DNA of 64,000 nucleotides from Guillardia theta CCMP2712 (Eukaryota; Protista; Cryptophyta). Position 1 is the stretch's first letter. Each line of letters begins with the position of its first letter. Both the position numbers and the translations under genes were made by a program. The notes under the pieces were generated by a model. That model saw only the letters and a program-made list of their open reading frames with translations, made no database searches and had not been told where the DNA came from. Positions 12,301-24,666 of the stretch are shown here, one piece after another. The stretch covers positions 62,001-126,000 of the forward strand of contig NW_005434646.1 of NCBI RefSeq assembly GCF_000315625.1, given 5' to 3'.

Positions 12301-15300
12301 GTAGAAGATCTGAAGCAGAATCGTCACAGGGGGGCAGGCGAAGGAGAAGGAAGGAGGAAAAGGGGGGGGCGGGGGAGGGAGAGAGAAGGAGGAGGGGGGG
12401 GGCAGGGAAAGGTGGGAGGCTGGAGAAGAAGGCGGAGGAGGAGAAGTAGGGGAGAGGAAGGAGGAAGACCGGGGGACTCACCGCACTATCACCGGCGACG
12501 GACTTGAAGATAACGACTGAGCTGCCTGGGATCGGCTTGGGGGGCTGGGAGGGAGGGAAGTTGACGAGGGAGTTAGTGAGAAGATCCTTGATAGTGATGA
12601 GCCGAGCGTTGAAGGCGGGTGAGTCGACCTGAACGGTGTGGGGGCAGAAGGAGGGGTTGATCCTGCTCTGACTGCTGAGCGTGGAGGGCATGAGCAGCCC
12701 GAAGGAAGCGACGGAGAGGAACCAGGGATGGAGGACAACGTAGCGAATGTTCTTCACCCAAGTGAACGAACCCGTGATGGTCTCAGGCACCCCAGGGCCG
12801 GAGAGGCCGAAGGTGAAGATCTCCTGCTTCGGGATATTGTCGCCGCCAGGATGGAAGAGAAGGTCGAGGACTTGCTTGTCTGACGTGACGATGTCCGACG
12901 GCAGCGTTACGCTCGCTTGCGGGCCACTGCCCTTGTAGGACACGACGGTGTCCGTGGCTGAGCCGACCTCGAAGGTGATCTGACCCGACTGAGACTCGAA
13001 GACGAACGTCTGGTCCAACTGCCCTCCTATGTAGTTGTACTTTGCGGGGTCGACAACGATGCCGTTGTAGGGCTGGTCGGGGATCGGGTGCAAGTCAGCT
13101 CGGGAGAAACCTGCACAGATATCCCTGCGATGACGTCAGCAACTTCAGCTACACCCTAGCTCGAACTCACCTGCAGCACTGGCCCGCTAGGTTGCATGTG
13201 CCCGCAACTCCCGAGATGCCGTCGTAGGCGAGAAGGGAAGGAGGGACGAGGTCGCAAGAGGGCTTGCACAGGCACTGAGGAGACTCGATGATGGTGCACA
13301 GATTCAGGTCGTAGCATCCGGGGGAGAGGGGCCGAGCAAGAGTGGGGCACTGAAGCTTGCAGGTGGAAGTCGTCGAGTCCCACACGCCCCCCATGGTCGC
13401 GGCGACGCACTCGGCCTGAGAGGTCGCGTTGGTGGCGTTGAGGCGGATGGCAGAGGAGGGGAGGAAGGCGCAAACTTGCTCGCAGGACCCCTGGACGTAC
13501 AGGGAGCCCTTGGCGGCAGCCAGACAGACCTTGTTCGCCTCCTTCTGCCAGAAGCTCACCGACGTCGCGTACTTGGTGGTGACCGTTAGGTCTGCGTTGA
13601 CGCTGCGGAAGCTGGAGGCCTCGAGGGAGGCGACGTCTTCGGCTAGCAGGTAGCCGGACGTGACGTCAAACTTGAAGCTACGGGCGCTGAGGCCGCGGAA
13701 CCTGGCGTTTATGAAGTTTCCGAGGATGGTGAAGGAGTTGGGGCCGAAGTCAATGGAGAAGTCCTGGGAGTCTTGATCCATGGAGCCAGCTCGGATGCTG
13801 CTGGTGAACCCGTTGAAGTCTTTGATTGTCATCTCAGGGATGATAAAGTTGGCAGGGACGATGACGATCACGTTGCAGTAGTAGTCAACGTACTTGACGT
13901 CGCTCGGCCGCTTGTTGATAACTTTAATCGACGCACTTGCCGAGCATGTCAGCGACTGCAGCTCAACGTCTGGGTGCTTCAGGTAGGCAAATTTGACCTT
14001 GAGAGCTCGGACCTGGTTGTCACCTGCCTTGGGGAAGATGGAGGGGTTGGCGGGGAGGAAGCGCAAGTCGCACTTGTCGAGCTCTAGCGTGATGCTGGAG
14101 GCTGTGTCGAGGTAGTACTCGGACTGAAACGAGCACAGCAGGATGACCGTCTGCTGCGCAACGATGAGTATGACGAAGGCGGAGGCGATGAGGTCGAGGG
14201 TAAGGAAGAACTGCAGGTAGTCTGCGTCGTCTGGAGGCCAGATGTGAAGCAACCGGCCGATCCTCTTGGCGTCTCTGCGCTTCTTGCGGAGGTAGGAACG
14301 CACTGACCCGTGTCTACGGGAGGCCCAGCGAACAAACGTGTATCCTCCGACGGTGAACAACAGGAAGGCGACGCCGAGGATGATGCCTACTTGCAGCCAT
14401 GGCGGCAGAGTAGCTTTGCATGAGCCGTAGCTCAAGTACTTGAGGTTCAGGCTGTTCACCTGGCAGCTCTCGAAGATGGGCTTGCTCTTGCCGATCATGC
14501 ACTTTCCCTTCCCCCCGCAGTGCGAGTGGCACCACCCGCAGTCACCAACACAAGTCTCGCAGCTGTCGGCCTGGCACAGCGACATCCCTCCTATCACCAC
14601 GTCTAGGTTCGCTCTCCCTTGTGCTGGCAGGCTCGGGGCATGCGGCTCTGCCAGCAGACCGTCGTCGCAGGGGCGGGACATGCCGCACTTGTGGTTGCCG
14701 CTGCACTCGCCGAAGTTGTTGTTGTCAGAGGCCTTAACGACGAAGGGAGCGTAGCCCTGAAAGGTCGGGTCCGCGTCGTAGAAGAGACGCTCCAGGATCA
14801 CGTTGACCGACTCCATCCTGCCCTTCACTCGGAGGATGCGGACCTGACTGGTGTCTTGCTCGTCATAGATCATGTAGTACGACAGCGAGGGGACGAGCTT
14901 GGAGATGGTGAAGCGTCCTGCCGGGCCAGTTCCAGGCCTTCCGATCTGAATCTCTAGCGTCATGTTGCCGAAGGGCGTGTCGTTCATGTCGACGTCGGAG
15001 ATGGAGAGGAAGGGCAGGACGCCGGAGGACTTGAGGTAGTTGAAGGCTGCAGTTGAAGAAGCTCCCGCGAGCGGAGGAACGCGAGAGAAATTCTGGAAAA
15101 TGCTGACGTCAGAGCTGCAGCGGATCCCTTGCTTGTTCTGGTTCTGCATCCAGTCGACGTAGCAGCGGAGGCCCTGCGAGTAGCTGAAGACGTAGGAGGG
15201 CCTGGCGACCACTGGAGGATCATTGACCCCTACCACGCGGATCATGATAGTGCTCAAGGCTGCATCTGAGTAAGAGCCTTTGACGTCATACCACTCGTCA

Positions 15301-18300
15301 GTGAACCCTTGGTCCGCCACCCACACCTTGAGCGCGTCCTGCCCGTAGAAGTTGGGGTTGCCCACGTAGACCATGTACTTCTGCGCGAGGATGGTCTGGA
15401 TCTCATCGCGGGTGGCAAAGAAGGCGATGGAGGACTGGTTGATGGCGCAGGAAAGCTGATTGCCACAGACCTTGTAGCAGGTCGGGGCAGTCAGAGTCTT
15501 CTTGAGACATGTGTGGATGGAGTCGTAGGTGGCTGTCAAGTTCTGCAGGAAGATGATTGGGAGGTCGCTCCTGCCGGGAGGAGCAGCGATAGTGAGCTTG
15601 CCGTGCGTGACTTGCAGCTCGATCAGAAGCCTTCCCGGAGGATACGCGCTACTGTCGCACGTCAAAGGAGCATCGCACTTGCACATCCCTTGCCCGCACA
15701 AGCATCCCTGATTGCACGTGCAGCCATCGACACTGAGAGGATCCGAGCACAAGTAGTGGGGCTGCCATGAACGTCAGACGCATTCCAGGACTCCTCCTCC
15801 TCCCTCACCCTGCCGCGCTTGGCGATCTCGATCGCCTCATTGGAGTCTACGTCCTCGATCCATAAGATGTTCGGGGTGACTGTGAACAAGGTGTCTTCGT
15901 CGATGTCGATGTAAGTTCGTCGCGTCGGGTTGCAAGACAGCATGTAATCTTTGCTTGCCGGGGGGATTTTCATGCAACTTGAAATCAACAGTCAGGGGGT
16001 AAAGAGAGCAGAGGAGGGAAAGACCTTGAGGTGTTGGCATCCTGCACCATGTTCATTGCACTCGTTCCCCACTTGATGCCGATGACAGGAGGATCGTTGA
16101 TCGACTCCACCAGCACATCCAACTTGCCCGTCCCTTGCAGCCTCGCGTCGACACTGAAAGAGCGTCAGGAGAAGGGAGGGTACACAGAGCAAGTCGAGGG
16201 GCAGTGCTCACAAGCTCTTAGCGTAGTTGTCCGATATCGCTCCCTGATCGTTGAAGTCGAACTGAATGTACTCGGGGATGAAGACGCGGCTGTTGTAGTT
16301 CGAGTTCCCCAAGTAGATCAGGCGAGTGAGCCCCGTGTTGAGCGCGTCCATGGTCCCCTCGATTGACAGTTGCTGATTGCCGACCCCCATCACGGGGCTA
16401 GGGAACGCGTTGAGGCCAACGGCAGGAGGCCAACCATTCCATTGCTTGGGGACAACTTTGGCTTCCTGGAAGACACACAGGCCGTTGTCGCCGTTGTCAG
16501 CGATACAGTCCTTGTTCAACAGGCACAGGCTGCCGTCGTTGCTGCATCGCTTCTCCTGTAGGATCAGGCTCTCGAGAAAGTGAACCCTGCCGTGCTGGGC
16601 AGTGATGTTCAACAAGAACTTCTTGGAAGAGAATCCGAAGTCACTCGAGTCCGGGTCCTGGATCTTGATCGGGTTGTTAAAGAGAGCAAACCCGTTTACA
16701 GCAGCTGTTGGCGACACAGGGCTCGGCGTGCATCCTGGTCTGCAGGGAGCCTGTTGGCACCTACTCCAAGGGTCGCTGACGACAACAGCAGGACAGAGGC
16801 AGGGGCAGGGGATCTGGTTGTACAGCTCTCCTGTGAGCGAGCTCCAGGTTGCTGCCTTGCCATCCTCTGACGCTGTCACGATGCGCGAGCCATCGGGGGT
16901 CAGGCCTACTTTGACCACTGGCTTCCCGGAGAAATGAACCGTCGTGACCTCGTAGCGGTCGAGCAACTGGCCAGTCTCGAGGTCCCACATGTGGATCGCC
17001 GAGTCTGTGCTGACCTTGTAGGTCTGACGATTGTAGGGGCTCCGATAGCCCCCGACTGAGACCAGGATGGGAGCCGCGACCCGCCCCAGCAGCTTCGCCG
17101 CACTGACAGTAGAGAGGGACAGGACTTGGTCGATGTGCCCAGTGAGCACTCGGAGACGCTCGTAAGTCAGCAGGTCCCATATCATGATGAGCTTGTCTTC
17201 AGACCCGGTGATCAGCAGCCTTCTCTCAGGGACGTTCAAGATCGTTATGGAAGTGATGGGGCCAGTATGAGCCGTCTTCAGCGCCGGATTGCAGCCTGCA
17301 CTCGCTGGGCCGAGACACGCAAGCTCGTTCCCGAAGGAGTCCGTTAGGTCATAGATCCTGCAGCTCATATCATCCGAACAGGACACGCCTCGCTGCACCA
17401 CACTGCCCGCATCGGGGATCTCGTACAATGCAACAGTCGTAACAACATCCTTGTGCCCGAGGAAGGATGCGACCTGAGTCCCGTTGACTACGGTCAAACC
17501 TCCCACCTTCCTCAGCTGCTTCCCAGTGGCAATGTCCCAGAAGATCACCGCCCGATCGAAACCTCCGCTCATGATCATCGTCCCGGGGTAGTTGACGGCC
17601 ACGCAAGTGATCCCCATCTCGTGACCGTACGACTTGGTGGAACTAGGAAGAGGCATCTTGATCAGCTGTTTCATCGCCGACGTATCCCACACTCGAATGC
17701 TTCGATCAGGAGTCTTTCCTGCAGTCACTTCGTATGCTCCGCTGCATGTGATGATCTTAGAATCGTCAAGCGTCATCGCCACCCCGTTGATCGTCTCCCC
17801 GTGAGCGTTCAAGATGCTGTTGACCGGCCGCGTGTCCCTCAGGTCCCACAGGTAGATGCTGCCCTGAGAGTCCACTGTGACGATCTTTGTATTGGCGTCG
17901 TTGATGTCCATGTTCACAGTCTGTGACAAGTCCTCGTGGGCACTGAGAGAGGCAGGAAGGGAGATGCTGGGAGCGTTGTTCACAGCCCGTGTTCGGATCC
18001 TCAGGAGGATGTTTGACTTCCGGATGTTGCGAACTCCTCCATCGGAGTTGCCCAGGTCATCCCCCGACACTGTCAGCAAGTCCACTGAGTCAACAGTGAT
18101 GTCAAAGTTCACAGGGCGGTCGAACAAGGAAGGGCGGTAGAGGCGATTATAGAAGGGGCGGGTCTTGTAGGAGATAGCTGCTAGAGCTCTGTTCACGTCG
18201 TCCAAGGCCCCGAAGAATTTGATGATGGGCGAGCCGACACCATTGACTGTGAGCGGCTCAACCACAGCCTGAGCTTGCGATCCGACTTTGAGGTAAGCGG

Positions 18301-20868
18301 CTGGTAGACATTGGTCCGTAGGCCGAGCCTTGGTGGGGGGATATATGTACATGCATGGAGTGCCGTACCGCTGCGTCAGCGCAGGATACCCTCCCGCTTT
18401 CTTATCGTACACCATCAGCTGCCCCCCAACAGTGTAATATGGTCCACAGACTCCATTTCCCTTCACCCCCGGCACGCAGCCACAATAGGAATCTGCAGCG
18501 AAAGCAGCGCAATCGGAATCTGCAGAGCAGCGATGAGTGATGTTTGAGCAGCAGTAACAAGGTTTGCTAGCACTGCCGCAAAACCCTCCCAACTGTGACT
18601 CTGCGCAATCCTGACTGGAGGTACATGGAATTCCCAGAGAGAAATTGTTGGGAACTAGCCCCACTGGAAGTCCTCCACAAGTGAGGTCCTTAGAGCTGAC
18701 AGCATTCTTCAGAGACTGTTTGTATGCACTGAAATCTTTTGATCGATTCAAGTAGATCACGATGTACCCATCTGTTGCACAGTTGTTTATGATGCTGCAT
18801 CGACAGTTCGGGTTTGCGATGATATCCGTTCGCACACCAGTAGTGCACTCCGACGTGCCAGCATTTTCGTTGGAACAAACATCCTCAAGCGTGACCGGAG
18901 AACCTGGTGGAGAGTTGAAGAGGTTCGACAATCTGCAAAGGTCGTGTCCTGCAATGAAACTCTGAAGAGAGACGTACTCGCTCGTGTTGTCATACATCAT
19001 GTCAAGTTTCGACCAGACTCCCAGTGAGATGGTGCCATATTGGACACTGACCTCAACAGCGATGTTGTTGACGTAATGACGAAACTCTGAATCTTCCATC
19101 CAATTCTGAATGGCAAGGGTGGAATCGATCTGCTCCATGAGATCCACATCTGAAATTGAAATTCCTTGGATGTCTGTCAATTGATCTTCCAACGACGAAA
19201 ATTCTGCCTGTAGCGATTTAAGGTCTGGAGGATCATTGACAGCTACAATTGTTACATCTACTCGCGTCGTGACAACCTCTGCGCTCCCTATACTGGAAGT
19301 ATAACCCTGATCACTTACAGTGACGTCGAAATACTCATAGTGTCCTTGTTGCTGAGTATTGTAATTCAGCACAGTGCTGGCTGGTGTGTTGACAAGAAAA
19401 GGGGTTTCAACCCTGTATTTCAAAACCTTGATGGCATTGTTCGTTGCCGCAGCTGCAGCTGTGAAGCCTTTTCTATCCCTGAATGCTTGATCATAGAATG
19501 TCAAATCTGTTCGAGAGTTGAAATCTACTGTGCCTCTCTTTACGAGAACTTTCAAATCCAGACTTGCAGTCTCATCCACTTCTACCAAATCCACATCCGA
19601 TGTTGACATCCCGTTGATTTGCAAAATATCTGAGGTGTCCTCGAAAGCATAAAACTGTCCAAAATGACATTCAGGCAATTCATTCTTAGTACTGCATACA
19701 GCTGGGGGAGAATATCCATCCTGCGGATTTACAACCACAGGAGCATCATTGACACCCACAATCTTCACAAGGACTGTGATGTTTCCGCAAGCCTGCTCGA
19801 CAAACGTCCCAGGTGCAGCTCCAGTCGGCGTGACAAGCTGATAGATATTGTAAGTGACGGTTTCATATGGTTTTGTTTTCGCGGATGATGGGCTGACTAA
19901 CAATGACTTTAACCTTTCAGAATTCTGATTTGGGAGCGCCTGATACTGTAGGTTCAGGAAAACAGCTTGCAAAGCGAACCAAGTCCCCGAGATAGTGAGC
20001 CTGTGTTTCCCTAGCACAGCTCCTCGAAATTCAAACGTCAATTGTTTGGGTGTTGGCATGGCTCCAAAGTTGCATTGCTCTGTAGTCTCAGGACACCCGT
20101 TGCAGCAAGGAACACATCGCACGTAGGCACATTGACCGCCTCCCAAGCATGTCGTGGTATCATTGGCACCCATACAGGGCTTGCCGGCAGTACTAGGATC
20201 TCCTCCCTGACACGTGTATGTACATTTCGATTCGTACCGCAAGATATCCAGAATACCCCACTCGATGTCTATAGTTGTTCGGAACATGATGGTTCGTGTA
20301 TAATCTGGGAAGGCTCCCGGAGGTCGGATGTATTGCGATGTACTTGTGTCATGTAGCGCTGATAGAGGAATGTTGTCCTTTTCGTCTTCTATCACTTCAA
20401 TCATGGGCAAGCAAAGTGCTGGATAAAAGTAGCTGCTTGCAATTTGAAAGCTGGAGCAGGCATCATTTTGATATAGTCCTGCAGGGCAAATTCAGGTGAA
20501 AACGAAGTTCATAGGACAAGCTTACCAGTCGACAAGTCACAGAAGCATGGCCGTAGGCGCATGCCCGGCGAAAGCTCGTCATGCCCAGTTCTTTTCCTCG
20601 GGTTGTCAATACCGCATTCAAAAATCTTCAATCTTCCCTCTGCATCAGAATCGGTGCAGACCATGTTGACATCTACAAAGCTGCATGTACACATCTTGCG
20701 TTCCCCCTGTGGCACATTGGACGGCCAGTAAACATTGTCGGCACTCATTTTGGGGTCGAGCCATTGCCAGACGGGCTTGAAGACGGGGTCGGACTCTTGA
20801 GACTCGGTCCTCAAGCTCAGGAACGACCAGACAGCCAAGAGCAGCCACACTGACGCCCCCCCGCGCAT
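9389..20868 (-). CDS. Giant (~3,200 aa) signal-peptide, cadherin-like/Ig-repeat, WD40, Cys-rich, multipass membrane protein
   Basis: ORFs 20509-20868, 16208-20410, 15662-15988, 13167-15752, 12029-13093 and small 3' exons join in frame via introns (e.g. 20479-20525, 16154-16211, 15762-15808, 13125-13170). Repeated VND(A/P)P..ED..I.D.D motifs, GH..WD repeats and ~9-10 hydrophobic segments. Stop at 9389-9391. Confidence 0.8.
9461..9660. repeat. Intronic polypyrimidine/polypurine low-complexity tract
   Basis: Almost pure C/T on the + strand, inside the last intron of the giant gene. Confidence 0.9.
10666..10780. repeat. (AGAGG)n intronic microsatellite
   Basis: Direct read. Confidence 0.95.
11575..11668. 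repeat. GATAA-rich degenerate tandem repeat (~36-bp period) in an intron
   Basis: AAGATAGAAGATAAGAYAAAGGATAAAAGAT.. recurs about 2.5 times. Confidence 0.75.
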
Positions 20869-21232
20869 CCATGCGCCGCCTCCTCGGAAAGGACAACAAG
20901 CACGTCAACTTGACTTTTTTTAGTGGAGAGGGAAGTTTGGAAAGTTTTGAAATATTTGATCAAAGTTTCCGACACAAGTTTTCACAGCAAGTTTCAAAGC
21001 TGACAAGTCTCTGAGGCGGGTCGGTAGCCCCCCTTTATGAGTCTGTACGTAACCTAAGGATGAATATTTTTGTTCTCTGCATCGACTGTTGCTCCTGCCA
21101 TACCTCCACTGACAACCCTCGTTCGGCTCGCCTCCTCCCTCTCCTCCTGAAGACCTTTTCTTGCTCGTTCGGCTCGCCTCCCTCTCCTCCTGCAGACCTT
21201 GTCTTGCTCGTTCGGCTCAAACCTACAGAAAC

Positions 21233-22715
21233 ATGGTCTGGTGCGACACTGGTCTCTTCTTCGGGGTTGTGGCAGCTGTGACGGCAGCGCAACAAATTAT
21301 TTTCTTCATCATCGCAGCCTATTTCAAGTTTGACAAAGTCACAGATTTTGCGGGTATAAGTCTGCAGCTCCATCTGCACTCCCACTGATGTAACTCTTAC
21401 CAGGCGGGACAAACTTCGTCCTAGTCTCTCTGCTTACATTCCTATGGGCGCAATCGTTCTTTCTTCGTCAAATCCTTGTCACTGTAGCTTCTGCGCTATG
21501 GGGGGCACGCCTTTCAGCTTACCTGCTCATGAGAATCTTGAAAACAGGCAAGGATGAAAGGTTCGATGATCGCGACAGAGGTTTCAGCCTGCAATTTGCT
21601 GCCTTCTGGTTCTTTCAAGCTCTCTGGGTGTTTCTTGTCTCCAGCCCGATAGTAAACCTGAACTCGAGGTGTTTGCAGCATGTTGTTGCGTCTTTGCGTC
21701 GAAACTGATAAACTTCTCGTCAGCTGCGTTGTGGATCCTCCCATGGAAGCTCGTGACTGGGTGGGATTGGCCATGTGAAGTGAATGTTTACCTGGAATCT
21801 GGTTGCTGAACTGATCTAGATGGCTGGTTGGCTTCCTGATGGAGGCAATAGCAGACCAGCAGAAGTTTGACTTCAGGTGTTTTCACTCAAGGACTTATGA
21901 AAGTTTCAAGCTGAAGGTCTTTTTTTTTGTTCAGAAACAATCCAGAAAACAAGGGAAGGTTCTGCGACACGGGCCTGTGGAGGTGATAAGGATCTTTGTG
22001 ATCGAAACAAGTTCTCATTGACAGAAATCAAGCTGGTCTCGTCATCCCAACTACTTTGGAGAGATCATCTTGTGGTATTCATGCAATCCAAAAGATGCTA
22101 TCCTGTATCTGAAGATGTCTCAACTCGCAGGTGGGGCCTCTTCATCACCTGCAGCAGTGTCTTGTAATTCCGTGCAATGTCTCCTACATGAGATGATCAT
22201 GCGCTTGTTTGAAGTACGGATGCGATGTATTGGAGCATCATCGGGCCAATCTTCATTACCCTGCTCCTCCTTTTCGTGTCAGGTCCGCTTGCACACTGCA
22301 ATGCTGTATCCAACGTCTTCATTAGGTGTCAATCTTTTGGAGGAGTCTTCTGACAAGCGTTACGGACACAGAGAAGATTACAGAGAGTATCAACATGTCA
22401 TTCATGAATGGCTTTACTCACATGATGCAGGTACAAGAAGAGCGTGAGCAACCTCATTCCGTAAGCATCACCGTGCGCTGCTCCAGCAACGACTCATTTT
22501 TATTTAGATTCCCGCCTTCTATCTTCCGGGGAATTCCACAAGCTATCAAAGTCATCTTTTTCTTCGAATGGCCCATGTAATGCAAGAATTGGGATTGAAA
22601 ATTCGGTGACCCTGTATGCAGATACAGCAAACAATTGAACGACGGAAAGCTTCAGGAAACTCTGTCGCCAGCTCATCCCCAAGGGCCGTATCAAGGACAG
22701 GCTGTCCAACCGTAG
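21233..22715 (+). CDS. DUF1295 / steroid 5-alpha-reductase-like membrane protein (multi-exon)
   Basis: Motifs FDKVTDFAGGTNF, WGARLSAYLLMRI..KDERFD, EAIADQQKF, GLWSWSRHPNYFGEI, LLLFVSG..LEE. Last intron 22577-22621 gives FEWPIYSK...*. Confidence 0.88.
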
Positions 22716-22739
22716 AAGCTCAGAAGTGATCCTGGGAGT

Positions 22740-24161
22740 TCATGGTTTGCTTCGGCTTTTCCTCTGTCTGGGAGTTGCTGAAGATGCTTTGCTTGAAGGC
22801 TTCCTTGGTCTCCGCGGAGTCTTCGTTGTGTTGCGAGGGCCCACAGGACTCTGAACTTGACTTTGAAAAATGTTTTGAGATTCTAATGGTGTGAAAGTGG
22901 GGGAAACAGAGGTCTTGATCTGTGAGGTGCCTGTTTCTTCTGTAGCTGTTGTGTTGCTTTTCTTGACTTGGGTCCTCTTTTGTTGTGCCTCCTCCCTCTC
23001 CATGCGCTTCAATTCTTTGCTGACATCACGCGCGAGATTGTGCTGGTCATTTCCTGTAAGGGGAGCATCCCATGACTTGTCTGGTGTGAGCTTTGATAAA
23101 TATTCGAGTACGTTGGGGTGCATCATGATCTTTGCCAATCGGAGGGGCGACTTTCCGCTGTCGTCCGGTATGTTCACGTCTGCACCCCCTCTAACGAGCT
23201 CCTTGCATGAGCGAAGGTTGCCGGAGTAAGCAGCGAGATGTAACGGAGTCGCTCCATCTTCGTTTCGCTGGTTCACTTTCATTCCGAAGGTGAGCAGGTG
23301 GGAGATCGTGCAATGGTATCCATTCGCTGCAGCTTTGTGGAGAGCAGTATTGCCATATATGTTCTTGTGGTGAACATCCGAGCCTGCATCTACTAAAATC
23401 TTGACGACGTTAAAGATCTGCTTGTTCTGCTTGTCGTAGATCTTTTGCTCCCCCTTGCTTCCATTCACAGCCCACTCCCAGAGGTCCTGGTCAGATTTGA
23501 TAGCACCTCCACTAGCAGCAGCGAGCAGAGGAGTGTCGTGGATGTCACTCAAGGTATTCACACTCGCTCCATATCTGAGCAAGATTTTAACCATTTCTTC
23601 TGACCCACTTTGTGCCGCGACATGCAGTGGTGTATTCAAATCGTCACTTGAGTTGCGGAAGTTTGGATCCGCTCCTTCCTCCAGGAGCTCTATGGCTAGA
23701 TTGCAATCGTTCTGTTCTGCTGCCCCGTACAAATATCCATTCATCTCAACCTCTCGAAAAGCTAAATTTGACATTTGCTTTTGCAAAGCAGCAAAATCAT
23801 CCTCTGCCTGGGACTCCTCGCCCTCGAATCCAACCTGACATGGTGAGCCTGCAAAGTGAATCTCTTTTCTCTTACCATCCTGCCCAACATTACTTTTTAT
23901 ACGGTTCATCACGTTTTGGGTTGCTTGTGTCATTTGTTCAGATCCGAATTGGTTTCTCATTTGTTCCAAGACCTTCTGAAAATCTCCCCTCCATGCTTCC
24001 GCATCACAGCCACCTCGCAGTATCATAGTACGTCCGAAGATCGAATGCAAAAAGCAGCCAGTCGCAAGGTCCGAAGTGGGAGCGAGTGAAGAAACGTAAG
24101 GAGGGTGCACGAAGGAATGTACCAAAGAGTTGACGAACAAGAAGAAAGTGACAATGTTCAT
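22740..24161 (-). CDS. Ankyrin-repeat protein with signal/bipartite presequence, LRGG motif and basic C-terminal tail
   Basis: NTPLHVAAQSG, DTPLLAAA, NTALHKAAANG, ATPLHLAAYSG. First ATG gives MNIVTFFLFVNSLVHS-FVHPP...MILRGG. Confidence 0.88.
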   Translation of the reverse strand: MNIVTFFLFVNSLVHSFVHPPYVSSLAPTSDLATGCFLHSIFGRTMILRGGCDAEAWRGDFQKVLEQMRNQFGSEQMTQATQNVMNRIKSNVGQDGKRKEIHFAGSPCQVGFEGEESQAEDDFAALQKQMSNLAFREVEMNGYLYGAAEQNDCNLAIELLEEGADPNFRNSSDDLNTPLHVAAQSGSEEMVKILLRYGASVNTLSDIHDTPLLAAASGGAIKSDQDLWEWAVNGSKGEQKIYDKQNKQIFNVVKILVDAGSDVHHKNIYGNTALHKAAANGYHCTISHLLTFGMKVNQRNEDGATPLHLAAYSGNLRSCKELVRGGADVNIPDDSGKSPLRLAKIMMHPNVLEYLSKLTPDKSWDAPLTGNDQHNLARDVSKELKRMEREEAQQKRTQVKKSNTTATEETGTSQIKTSVSPTFTPLESQNIFQSQVQSPVGPRNTTKTPRRPRKPSSKASSATPRQRKSRSKP

Positions 24162-24666
24162 AGTGAATGTAACATGAGACGAAGATAACAATACACCCAA
24201 TCACCGATGGAGAGAAAATCGATTCCCAAAAGAAAGATATTGAGGGCGGAGAGCGACAATTCGAGGTCGACGAGAGCTATTGAAAGCAATTGATCGGAAG
24301 CTAAATCAAGATATTGCGAGAGGGATCAGAAGTAGAGGGGAGGGAGATGAGTGAGACTGAGAGGAGGATCAGGGCTAGCAGGAGCAGGAGCAGCAACAGC
24401 GGCAGCAGGAGGCTCTCTCAGCGCGAGCATCCCGACGGTCTCATCTTACCCCGTCCATGGACTACTGACATCGTGACTAAACCTCCACTAAACTAATCCC
24501 TCGCAGAATCCGGCACGGGCCGGGGCCCGCTGAGCGCGAGCCGGGGCGGGCCAATACTGCCCAGCTGCCTGTGCGTCAGTGTAGTAATTCTCAGGTTCAA
24601 CCGTGATTCTATCTCATGATAGCTTTACTCATCATCGGTCAAGGATGATCACATACGAGTATAATT

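Noticed and set aside
16208-20410. Integrated bacterial or viral DNA (long intronless ORFs with bacterial-style adhesin repeats)
   Set aside because: The ORF is spliced to flanking exons by typical short introns, and no integrase, terminal repeats or viral hallmark genes were seen. Ancient domain transfer remains possible.
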